DNA of 64,000 nt, taken from contig NW_003314261.1 of the NCBI RefSeq assembly GCF_000143415.4, positions 3,898,880 to 3,962,879 of the forward strand. The letters run 5' to 3'. Position 1 is the stretch's first letter. Every line of letters starts with the position of its first letter. Under the pieces are notes generated by a model. The model ran no database searches. It saw only the letters and a list, made by a program, of their open reading frames with translations, and was not told the DNA's origin. Shown piece by piece: positions 37,685 through 48,439 of this stretch. A program made the translations under genes and the position numbers. Origin of the DNA: Selaginella moellendorffii (taxonomy: Eukaryota > Plantae > Lycopodiophyta).

Positions 37685-37837
37685 ATGGCGCGAGTAGAGG
37701 AGAAGCGGCCCTGTCCGTGCTGTAGTTGCCCGTGCTGCATCAAGTACTTCCTGGTGGTCATGTCTATCCTCTCCTCGTCCTCCTGGATCTTGTGGCAGCT
37801 GATCTCTAAAAATCTTCCCGAGGCTCGGGATCTGTGA
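37685..37837 (+). CDS. Putative 50-aa Cys-rich membrane micropeptide (or uORF of BASS1)
   Basis: MARVEEKRPCPCCSCPCCIKYFLVVMSILSSSSWILWQLISKNLPEARDL*; good ATG context (GTATGG) and GC-rich codon usage; stop is 24 nt before the BASS1 ATG. Confidence 0.4.
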   Translation: MARVEEKRPCPCCSCPCCIKYFLVVMSILSSSSWILWQLISKNLPEARDL

Positions 37838-37861
37838 TCCCTCAATAGTTTTTCCATTTTC

Positions 37862-39452
37862 ATGGCGGCAAGCGCTTGTTTCTCTGCTGGAGCGGTGATA
37901 TTACGGGATCGAGCCCGCATTTCTTCGATATCGGCTCCAAGATCTCTCTATAGCAGCAAGAACGGGCTCATATTCCAGTCGCACAAATCTCGGAGCTTCA
38001 CCGAGAATCGGTCGCGATCAGCTCGCGGAGTTCCCGCGGCCAGGAGTTTTGGAGATCTGCCCGTGGAAGAGGGCGATGGCGTGTGGATCCAAAGGCTTGA
38101 AGCCATTGGAGGTGTGCTCTCGTCCTTGTTCCCGGTCTGGGTCGGGATCGCCTGTGTGGCGGCATTGGTCAGGCCGAGCGCGTTCTTGTGGATCAAGGGG
38201 CAGCTCCAGATGGTCGGGATCACGATCACGATGCTTGGTACGTATAAAAGGAAACTTTCCCAGTGTTAAAATCAATGACTTGGATCACAGGAATGGGAAT
38301 GACTCTTTCGATCGATGATCTCAAAGGAGCTTTGTCGATGCCACGGGAAGTTGCTGCTGGAGTGTTCTTGCAATACACGGTTTGAGAGTTTCGATGTTCT
38401 TCTCTATTCTTAAAATTTTGTTGGTTTTTTGTTTTCATCTTCGTTAGATCATGCCACTAACAGGAGCTACCGTAGCTCGTGTTCTGGGATTGCCATCTCA
38501 CTATGCCGCGGGTCTCGTGCTAGTATCTTGCTGCCCAGGAGGTTTTTTTTTCCTTCATTTCATACTTGCAAATGTGTAACTTATCCATACAGGAACTGCG
38601 AGTAACGTTGTTACATACCTTGCAAGGTAAAATTCGTTGCATCCTTTCTTTTGTTCTTCCATTTTCTACTTGCTAAAGGACTGGTCTTCCACTGGATTAT
38701 ACAGGGGCAATGTTGCGCTTTCAGTTATTATGACAGCGATCAGCACATTCTTAGCAGTGGTTTGTGACTATATAACATTTGCTTTGGTCATCGTAGATGC
38801 TTATTTGTTTCTTGATAACAGGTAATGACGCCTCTCTTGACGGCCAAGCTCGCTGGACAATACGTCGCTGTTGATGCAAACGCTCTCGTGTTGTCAACGT
38901 TGCAGGTAACGAGTTTTTCAGTTCCGAACTTTTTGAAACAATTTGCCTATTGTAGGTGGTGCTTTTGCCGGTCCTGACAGGAGCTGGGATGGCGCACTAT
39001 CTCCCTGGACTCGTTCGGATTCTATCGCCCTTAGCTCCAACAGTTGCAGTGGTTACGATTGCCGCAGTTTGTGCCGGTGCAATCGCGCAGAGTGCTGCAG
39101 CAATCACCACCACGGGTGCTCAGATTTTCGTGGCGGTCGCAATGCTGCATGCTTCTGGATTTTTGCTTGGATATCTAGCTGCCAAAGTCATAAGGTTTAG
39201 CGAATCCACAGCTCGGACAATATCAATCGAGGTTGGCATGCAGGCAAGTCAGCAGCGTGTTTCTTCGTTGCACTCTCACTAACATTGGTCTACCTTCAGA
39301 ACTCGGTACTGGGAGTGGTTCTTGCAAACCAGCACTTTACCAGTCCATTGACTGCTGTCCCTTGTGCAATTTCCAGCGTCTGTCACTCCGTGTTTGGCAG
39401 TGCCCTTGCTGGTTTTTGGCAAGCTTCTTCTCAGGGACCATCCGAGAGTTGA
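37862..39452 (+). CDS. BASS1: Plastid sodium/metabolite cotransporter (bile acid:Na+ symporter family, BASS1-like)
   Basis: Transit-peptide-like N-terminus; [89 protein letters not shown]. Confidence 0.9.
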
Positions 39453-39523
39453 GGTTGATGGAATTCTTATTACTATTGGATTTTATATTGCGCTTAATTT
39501 CAGGTTTCTAGCTAAGTTATGGA

Positions 39524-41314
39524 ATGGCACAAAGCCGAGTGGTCTTACCATCGAGAACTCCATCTCGAGCTGTGGAAGAACTTGACGACTCGCAGTTTGC
39601 TAGGCTCTTGAAAGTCTGCTCCGACTCCAAAGATCTGGTCAAGGGGCGACTCATCCACGATCAGATCCGGCACAGCAGGTACCGCGACAATACTTTCCTC
39701 GCCAACTTACTCGTCCAGATGTATGGAAAATGCGGAAGTACTACGGAGGCTCGCAGAACGTTCGACTCCATTGCTCGGCCCAACGAGTTCTCGTGCAACA
39801 TGCTCATCGCAGCTTATGCCAGCAACGGGCAGATCGACCAGGCGGAGGGGGTTTTCGACTCGATGGGCGACAAGAGCGTAGTATCCTGGACGTCAATGCT
39901 CTCGGGTTATATCAGGCACAGGAGGATCAGAGACGCCGAGAGGATCTTCCACAGGATGCCCGACCGGAACCTGGTAACGTGGACGACAATGCTATCGGCA
40001 TACACCCAGAACGGGTATCTGGACGAAGCTAGGTGCCTGTTCGAGCGAATACCAAGCTGTGACATGGTGGCTCTGACGGCTATGCTGAGAACTTATGCCG
40101 AGAATGGCTACCTGGAAGAGGCTCGTAGCATCTTTGACGGCATGCCAGTACAGGATATTGTTTCGTGGACGACGATGGTTCAAGCGTATGCTCAAGCTGG
40201 GGAAATCAGCCAAGCTCAGCATCTGTTCGACGGAATGCCCGAGCGGAACGTCGTGTGCTGGACTGCTCTGCTGCAAGGCTACGCCGAGACTCAGCAGCTG
40301 AACAGCGCTCAGAAGATCTTCGACGGGATGCCGCAGCATGACGTTCTCTCCTGGGCGACGCTGATGACCGGCTACGCTCAAAACGGGCACCTGGAAAGAG
40401 CCAAGGAGATCTTCGACGCAATGCCGGTGACGAGCATCGTTCCATTCACGATCATGGTCAGTGCTTACAACGAGAGGGGTCTTCTCGAGGACTCCAAGAG
40501 CGTCTTCGACGTGATGCCGTGCTGGGACATGGTGAGCTGCTGCTCCATGGCCGTGGCTTACATCCGAAAGGGTCACCTCCGGGAAGCTCAAGACATGTTT
40601 GGCAACCTCCAAGAGCACACGGTGGAGTCGTGGACTGCGATCTTCCAGGCGTATGCCCGCGACGGGTACCTCGAGCAGGCCAAGTTTATGCACGACAGGA
40701 TGCCTTTCCACGACAGTGTCTCTTCCACCAGCTTGGTCATCGCCTACGCCCAGCACGGTTATCTGGACGAGGCCAGGAGCTTGTTCGACGTTATGCCGGA
40801 GAAGAACATCGTTTCCTGGACCGCCATGGTCGGAGCTTACGCTCAAACTGGCAGAATCAGCGAGGCCCGAGCTCTCTTCGATGGCATTCCCGAGCAAGAT
40901 ACAGTCCCCTGGAACGCGGTCATTTCCGGCTACTCGAGAACTGGCCGAGGGAGGATCGCCATCCAGCTTTTCCACGAGATGTTGCTCGAGGGACTCAAGC
41001 CCAACGAGATATCCTTGCAGAGCGTTATGGCGGCGTGCAGCCATGTTGGCCTGGTGAAGAGAGGCCTGCAGTACCTGTGCTCGGCCACTCACGACTTTGG
41101 CATCGTTTGTGCGAGGGAGCACTTTGCGTGCCTTGTGGACGTTCTCGGGAGGGCTGGCCAGTTTAGAGACGCTCGGGAGCTCATCTTTCGAATGCCTTTC
41201 AAGTCGGACTTCGTTTCTTGGACGACTCTCGTTGGCTCTTTTCAGTCCAACGCATCTCAGTTCTTCCCGGCAAAGGCGAGGAGCTACACTGAAGATCCAG
41301 AGGTAAGATTATAG
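39524..41314 (+). CDS. PLS-class PPR protein with partial E domain and no DYW domain, intronless
   Basis: Tandem 31-aa S-type repeats (..FDGMPERNVVCWTALLQGYA..), followed by LKPNEISLQSVMAACSHVG, EHFACLVDVLGRAG, MPFKSDFVSWTTL. Confidence 0.93.
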   Translation: MAQSRVVLPSRTPSRAVEELDDSQFARLLKVCSDSKDLVKGRLIHDQIRHSRYRDNTFLANLLVQMYGKCGSTTEARRTFDSIARPNEFSCNMLIAAYASNGQIDQAEGVFDSMGDKSVVSWTSMLSGYIRHRRIRDAERIFHRMPDRNLVTWTTMLSAYTQNGYLDEARCLFERIPSCDMVALTAMLRTYAENGYLEEARSIFDGMPVQDIVSWTTMVQAYAQAGEISQAQHLFDGMPERNVVCWTALLQGYAETQQLNSAQKIFDGMPQHDVLSWATLMTGYAQNGHLERAKEIFDAMPVTSIVPFTIMVSAYNERGLLEDSKSVFDVMPCWDMVSCCSMAVAYIRKGHLREAQDMFGNLQEHTVESWTAIFQAYARDGYLEQAKFMHDRMPFHDSVSSTSLVIAYAQHGYLDEARSLFDVMPEKNIVSWTAMVGAYAQTGRISEARALFDGIPEQDTVPWNAVISGYSRTGRGRIAIQLFHEMLLEGLKPNEISLQSVMAACSHVGLVKRGLQYLCSATHDFGIVCAREHFACLVDVLGRAGQFRDARELIFRMPFKSDFVSWTTLVGSFQSNASQFFPAKARSYTEDPEVRL

Positions 41315-41332
41315 ATGTTTTTGGAGCTCACT

Positions 41333-41947
41333 TTAGATATCCTTGTACAGGAGCTCAAACTTGGGAACCCTGTCCGCCGGTAATGGACAATTGACGATGA
41401 GCTTTCCGCGCATGGCGCCTTTGTAGATGGTCTGGTAATTACAATACATCAAGCAAATGCGATTTATCTTTCTTTTCAGTACCTCTACAACATCGATGAA
41501 ATCCTGTTTGCTGTGGAAGGCGCCAATCCATTTGGTGTGATCGGGTGTCCTGGACAAGACGAACTTGTGGTAAGAACCTGGTAGCGAAGCATTTACTTAC
41601 CCGGAATCCATTTTCATGTGCTGGGAGTTGAAGAAGAAGACGGTCGCTGGAATGAGCGTAATGTCGAAATAGTGAAGATAGACTTGGATCTCTTGTGCGT
41701 CGACATCCACGAGCGCAATGCTTGCGAATTTGGACAGCTCCCGAGAACTTTTGCCAAGCTGAAGAAGAAGAGCAGCCAAGAAAGTGATTGCAGTGCGAAA
41801 CTAATCACTCACTGTCTCGTCCAGCTGCATGCACACGGGATCCGTGGCGCGCCCAAATCTGAGCACCAACACTTTGTCTAGGGTGTCCCGGATCATAGCA
41901 TCCACATCCTGCTTGTGAGTTAGCGTGGAGAGGCCCAGAAGCGCCAT
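41333..41947 (-). CDS. TXNL4B: Thioredoxin-like protein 4B (Dim1/Dim2 family spliceosomal protein)
   Basis: [78 protein letters not shown]. Confidence 0.92.
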
Positions 41948-42833
41948 TGCAAACGCCCTAAGAATTAAAATAATAAATTTATAAATATTATATTTATTTT
42001 TTAATATCAAATACTAAATATATTTAATATTATTTGTAAAATAACAATTGACGTTAGAATTTATTCTTTTACTCACATCCAAATCAAAATCCCATATTGC
42101 TAACTAGTTATTAATTTTAACTTATTTTTAGTTGTTATTTAAGTACAATCATTAAGTTTTTAAAGTTTGTTGAGCTAGTTAATTAATATATCAATTTATC
42201 TTTATTTTATAAATTATTCTTTTCAATCATACTTTGAGATATAACAAGTTTTAAAGTTAAATTAATTTTATGTAAAATTTGTGTATATGATGTATGACAA
42301 CAAATATTGAAAATTCTGGTGGAGATATAAATTTCTATTTTACAAATATATGTTTTATGACAATTAAATAAAATAATTTAAATCTGGACATGTTTATTGA
42401 AAATAGTGAAAACAATTGCTATAAAAAATCTATTTATACAACATTTATATCAAAAGAAATTGACTATATATTACAAATACATACATAGTTTTAAAAATTA
42501 ATATATATGAATATACAAATAACATAGTTAATTTTATAAGAGATAATCTAGTAATTTAACACTCAAAAAATTCAGATAAATCATAATTGCATAATATAAC
42601 ATCTAAACTAATTAAAATTTCCTGTTTAACATTTTCTATCATTAAAACTAATTTTGAAAAATGAGAATCTATGACAAACTGTGCCAGCTGATAGGCTCAA
42701 ACTAATCACTATGTTTTTTCGAATTTCACCGTTCAGATCAAACCCAGGTCCGTGTAGCAGGCGGTACAACGGCGTTAGAAAGTCAATAAATTGATCACCA
42801 CCATAGATTGCAAGATGGTGGAACTCTTATTTG

Positions 42834-44054
42834 TCAGACTCTATTTTGAAACAAAAACTCGACTCGATTGCCTCGCCTTTTGGCAGTGATGGATAGAACA
42901 GCTCCATCCGACTCCATCTTTTGAATGATTCGAGCTATGTTGTGCGCATCGTCCAGTCCCAAGTGATGCGAGCCTTGAACTCTCATGTCCAAACTTCTCA
43001 TCATGGACAGCATCCCCGGAGCCTGTTCCACAAGAAAGGACTTGACAATGGCTGCTCAAACTTTAGACTTAGCTCTTGCCCGTTTGTTGTAAAAGTTGAG
43101 GAAAATGTCCTTCAGGTTTATCCATTCGCAGAAATAGCTCGGCAATGGAATCCCCGACGTGATGCATTGCTCTGGAATCTTTGTCTTGATGTCCCAGTTT
43201 CCACTGGGAAAATGAAACACGAAAATCAGAGCGTGATTCGAAAGCTTAAATGGGACTGTGTCGATTACCAGGTGACAAAGGCAGAATTCTTGAGTAAATG
43301 GCTCTCAGGATCACGCAAAGAATGCTGCTCCAGCCAGTCCTCAAATGCGAGGAGTGTTTCTTGGAAAGGAATGGCTGTATCCTCCCAAAGCCTGTGAAGA
43401 TCCATATGAAAGTGAAGTACTTAATAGCACACAACTCAAACCTCTCCAATTTCCAGCGTCCATACTTTCCAGCAATGTAAGCTTGCAACCGGGAGCCCTT
43501 GAGCTCGCAAGGCCTCACGAATCTGGAGAAGGAAAAAAAAAGTCGAAGACAAAGAATGAAAAACTTTTTCTCACCTGTGAAACCTGTCCACCACCGTGAG
43601 TGTTTTCGCATCCAGCAAAACTACTGGAAACTCTAGAATCTCGACCTTGCCTTCCAAGTCAAGCACGAGAAATTTGTCGAATGGTTGGCGTGGTAGAGGC
43701 CGGGCAGCGTCCAAAACCACGGGATCGAGCTCCGGGAATGTGTGAGAAAATTTCTCCAGGTGTTCTGGGCTATCCATCTTGTCCAAAAACAAGAGAAAAC
43801 AAGACCAAAAATTTAGACTTCCCGCCAAGAACACAAAGACTTACATACTGGCAACGATTTTGCGTGAAGTACAAGCACATTGGCTTTCTTCTCCTCGAGA
43901 GGTCCTCAAACCTTCCATGATTTGGAGCTCCACACGGAGAGATCGATGGAACCGCTTCGTCGGAGAGAGATGCCTGGCAATACGATTGCCTTTTCAAAGA
44001 GAATGTGGAGAGAAATCCGCGACCACTGCCCAAAACCCTGGAGCCTAGCGCCAT
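42834..44054 (-). CDS. ERI1/KapD-type DEDDh 3'-5' exonuclease with N-terminal CCCH-like finger
   Basis: PMCLYFTQNRC...H, ExoI LVLDLEGKVEILEFP, WEDTAIPF, FVTCGNWDIKTKIP, WINLKDIF, ExoIII GSHHLGLDDAHNI. Confidence 0.88.
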
Positions 44055-44194
44055 AAAAATCGAGAGAGCGGATAAACCTAAATTCGTAAATTCAACCTGA
44101 GCCGTCGATGTGATCGCCTTTTTCGTGGCCGTCGGATCGCATAAATTAAGACACCCACAACCTTTTCTTGTTAGCTTGTTAGGGCAATTCCCTT

Positions 44195-46223
44195 ATGCTC
44201 GTGGATATGGAGGCGATGGCGGCGAGGAGGGAGCGGCTCCAGCGCGCGTTCCTGGATCTCGACAAGGAGCGGCAAATCCTCTCCAGGTGTGTGTCAGAGT
44301 GGAAGGAGTTAGACGAGATGCTTGCCGAGACGGAGAGAGATGTCCAGAAGAGGTATGACGATCTGGCCGCGAGGGAGAAATCCTTCCAGGAGAGGGCCCG
44401 GGAGCTCCAGATCGCCCTGGACGAGCGCGAGCGGCTCGTCGAGCGGAGAGAGCAAGAGATTTCGGCCAGGGAACAGGAGGAGCGAGCTCCAAAGGTTGTG
44501 GTAGTGAAAAAGGAATCGATGGTGGAGGAGGCAGATCTGCTCGCAGCGGCAGCGGCAGCGCAAGAGAGCTTTACTCTGATCGACGCTGTTCCCTCCTCCA
44601 TCTCTCAGTCGATGGACTTGGATCTCAACATACCGCAAGAGAGCCCCAGCCACGACGATGAGCTGATCGATGGAAGGGCCGTGGTTGGCTTGAGCTTGAG
44701 TGGCACCAGTGGAGAGGTGAGTGTCCGTCCAGAACTTAAGGCATTGTGCGAGACCATGGACGGGGATGGGCTTAGAAGGTTCATTGTGGAACACCGGAAA
44801 GAGTTTGCTAGCTTGCGCCACGAGCTTCCCGGCGCTCTTAAGTGTGCTGTGGATCCAGCACGCATGGTGGTGGTGGCTCTCGAGGCTTATCTCCCGGACC
44901 CGAGTAGCAGCACGAGGAAGGCTAGCGACGCCTCGGCCAGTCGCCGGGCTTGCATCCTTCTCCTGGAGTGTTTGCAAGTAGTGTTGGCCGATCCGGTGCT
45001 GGGTGTAGACCACCCCGTCGTGCCTTCTCATGTCAAGGAGGTCGCCAAGGATATGGCCGAAAAGTGGAGGTCTAGGATGGACGTCCAGAAAGACGCTGCC
45101 GGGGGCAGCTCTTTGGATGCCCAGGCTTTCCTGCAGTTACTGGCGACATTTGGTATCTCTTCGGAGTACGATGAGGAAGAGCTGTGTGGGCTGATATCAG
45201 CTATTGCCCGGCGTAAGAAGACTCCCGCTCTGTGTAGAGCAATCGGCTTGTCAGCCAGGATACCAGGTTGGTGTCGTTTGTTTCTTGCGTTTGGTTTTCT
45301 CGCAAGCCAAACTGCCGTGTGTGTGTTTGCTGCTGCTGGCTGGCTGGCTGTCTGGGGGTTACCAGTTTCTGTGGTAACTTTAATGAGCGCACCACTTCGG
45401 CGTGTATCGGTGATGGCTTGAGTGTGGAGGTTCTAAAGCGTTTTTGCTTTTGCAGCTATCGTTGACAAGCTGGTCGAGGATGGGAAGCCGATCGAGGCGC
45501 TCTCGATGGCAAAGGAGTTTGGCATCATGGACCGCATCCAGCCAGTGTCACTGTTGAAGAATTACCTCAAGGATGCTCGAAGGATTGCCCACTCGATGCT
45601 TAAGTCAGGCCACAGCCCAGCCGCTGCTCAGGTACACGATGATTCTCTTTGTAAAGCCAGTTTGGCTAGAGCTGACGCTTCACTTCTTCCAGAACGATTC
45701 CATGATGAAGGAACTCTCTGCGACAAGGTCCGTGCTGAAATGCATTGAAGAGTACAACCTTGAGGCGGACTTCCCATCGTCTCCTCTTCACAAGCGGATT
45801 TTCCAGCTCGAGAAAGCCAAGCTTGACAAGAAGAGAACGGGCGGCTCAATGAAGGGCCAGTCGAAGCGGCCTCGTGGCAGCAACAACGGCGGATACTCGT
45901 ACCGGAACCCAGACAGGAATCCAGAGAGAGGGGGCTACGTCCCGCCCGGACCCAGCGTGTCGGGCTACCAGTTCGTGTCACCGGTTGCGTTCGAGAGGCA
46001 AAACCAGGGTGGCTACATGCCGTCGTACGCACCAGGCAGCCGGAGTGCAGTGTCACTGTCGAGCTTGCCACCGAATTCCTACATCTACTCCCCCGCCGAC
46101 GGCTCCATCTACGGCGCTCCTGGCTACACCACCACCCCGACGAACACTTACCCCAGCTTTGGAAACCTGAGGAACTCGTTGCCGCCGCCGCCGCCGGCGT
46201 ACCAGGCATCGTTCATGCATTGA
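44195..46223 (+). CDS. FRL: FRIGIDA-like protein, 3 exons
   Basis: N-terminal coiled coil; Frigida domain ELKALCETMDGDGLRRFI, ALKCAVDPARMVV, RRACILLLECL, DAQAFLQLLATFGI, PVSLLKNYL, KELSATRSVLKCIEEYNL, LEKAK. Confidence 0.92.
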
Positions 46224-46292
46224 TTTTCGTGGAACTCTTGTTCACAATAAGGTATTTTTTTTATTCTTTCCAAATAACATCCAGTTACGTTT

Positions 46293-46589
46293 TCAACTCT
46301 CTTTGTCGTGTAAAGTCACGTCAGGAGCGCTTGAGTTTGGACACGCTTCTTCGAGGCTGTGTCCTCTCGGCAGCTCGGGTCTTCCCGCAGTACAGCTGGT
46401 GGAGATTACGGGGAAGACGCTCGGGTCTTCCGCAATACAGGTGCTTTGGCCTGGTCGAGATTCCAGGGAAGAAGTCCTCAAGAGTTTGGGGACGTGTGGG
46501 AGCAAACTTGTCCTTCTCGAGTGAAAGCCAGAGAGGAGGATGGCACTGAGAAGGACCAGGGACAGGAGACGGGTTGTTATCACTGCCAT
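46293..46589 (-). CDS. Putative small secreted peptide precursor (98 aa), family not recognised
   Basis: Signal peptide MAVITTRLLSLVLLSAILLSG; CCATGG start context; TATA-like ATATATAA ~60 nt upstream (~46646-46653); single exon. Confidence 0.5.
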   Translation of the reverse strand: MAVITTRLLSLVLLSAILLSGFHSRRTSLLPHVPKLLRTSSLESRPGQSTCIAEDPSVFPVISTSCTAGRPELPRGHSLEEACPNSSAPDVTLHDKES

Positions 46590-46924
46590 GGATTGGCCGC
46601 AGGAACGCAGAAGCCGGAAAGAAAAAGGGAAGAAAGATCCAGAGAATTATATATGGACGATAGATTTGGTCTTGGTCACAAGGAGCTGGAGGATCTATCG
46701 TCCTCTCACATGGTAAGCATGAGGTTTCTGACTCTCTTAAACTGTAAAGAGTTTGGTTGGGGCTCTACAAGTGTGACAGTGACAGGTATGAAATGTGCCA
46801 CCGGCACAGTGTTACAAGCAGGCGAGCTCGGAATGAGCTCCTTGTCATCGTGCACATCTTCCACATCACTGATGCTTTAAACAAGCTTTGGACGACACGG
46901 TCGAGGGGAGCTTGAGCTCAAGTG

Positions 46925-48397
46925 ATGGAGAGGCTCCCGAGGACGAAGTTAATGAGATGGTGCTGGATCCAGGCGAGAAGTATCAGTTCGTGGACGAGTT
47001 TCAACAGCGAGTTCAAGTCGCTGCCTCTCCAGCAGGCTGTTGCTTCGGCTCACGAGCCGGTTGAAGTTCCCAGCTCGGACATATGCTTTGATAACTTGGT
47101 GGTGAATCGGTCTGGCAGGCTCAAGGTGAGTTTTTTTGTGTTTTTTTCCTTGATCGTAGAGGAAAAGCTCACGCTTTGGAACAGGTAAAGCCTGTAGCTG
47201 ATGCGAACGTTCTCAAATTTGGAGCCGAGACAACAGACCACATGCTCCAAATCTCTTGGAACGAGCAGCAGGGATGGCTCTCCCCGGAAATAAATCCTCT
47301 GCAGCACCTAAAGCTTCATCCTTGCGCACAAGTTTTGCACTACGCCACAGAATGCTTCGAAGGCATGAAGGCCTACAAGGATAAAGACGGTCGGATTCGC
47401 CTCTTCCGGCCTCTGATGCACATGAACAGGCTTCTCAAGTCCGCTCAGCGCCTAGCTCTTCCGGAGTTTGACAAGGTAATGTGGCGTGCTTCGATGTGGC
47501 GTCGTAATTCTCCTTTCTTCCTTCGTGTAGATGGAGCTGCTTGACTGCATCAAAGAGCTGGTCCGTCTAGAACGCGATTGGATTCCCAGCAAAGAAGGTT
47601 TCTCGCTTTACATCCGTCCGGCTATGATCGCGACACAGGCGTGCTTGGGAATTCAGGCCCCACGAGAAGGGATGCTCTTTGTGGTCCTCTCACCAGTCGG
47701 TCCATACTTTCCTACAGGTCTCAAGCCCGTCAAACTCTTTGTGGACCGAAGAAACGTCCGGGCATATCCAGGTGGTGTTGGTGATAGAAAGCTGGGTGGC
47801 AACTACGCTCAGACTGTGGTCCCTCAGCTGGAGGCTGCCAAACGAGGATGCTCACAGGTGCTATACGTGCTCGAAGGGACGGAGAGAATTGGCGAAGCAG
47901 GCTCCATGAACATCTTCTTTCTGCTGCGAGATGGAACCAAGAGTGGCGCAATGGAGCTCGTAACACCAGCTCTCGATGGAACTATTCTCCCAGGAGTTAC
48001 CAGAGACACGGTTCTCAAGCTCGCCAGTAACATACCGGGCCTCAAAGTCTCGGAGCGACCTTTAAACTTTCCAGAGGTACGGAAAACCTTTCTTCTTTCT
48101 CTTCTGAGAGATTCTTTGTGTTTGTTTTAGATTGAAGCTGCTGTTGCTAGAGGTGATCTGCTGGAAGCATTCGGCACTGGTACAGCGTGCATGATCCAAC
48201 CTGTCGAAGGAATGCTCAAAGAAAACGGCCAGCTCATAAGCGTGCCGTTCAACTTGGAAGCGGCGAATCAATGGATCTCGAGGCATGACTGTAAAAGCCG
48301 AGAGTTCCCGTTTAATCTGTGTGGATACCTGACAAGAACGATCTCAGATATACACTACGGCCATGTTCCAAGCGAATGGTCCGTTGTTGTAAATTAA
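46925..48397 (+). CDS. BCAT: Branched-chain amino-acid aminotransferase (fold type IV), multi-exon
   Basis: LKFGAETTDHML, VLHYATECFEGMKAYK, IRLFRP, SLYIRP, PLP-lysine motif VRAYPGGVGDRKLGGNYA, EAGSMNIF, ILPGVTRD, EAFGTGTA. Confidence 0.93.
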
Positions 48398-48439
48398 TCA
48401 ACCGTTTTAGTTGTAGAGGAAGATTGAAATTTTCATGGC

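Noticed and set aside
39992-41122. 376-aa antisense ORF and other long overlapping ORFs (19070-19615, 22889-23527, 44309-45031, 2621-3130)
   Set aside because: Shadow frames of GC-rich real genes; no recognisable motifs.
41960-42660. AT-rich insert between TXNL4B and the exonuclease gene, possible MITE
   Set aside because: No terminal inverted repeats or TSD found.
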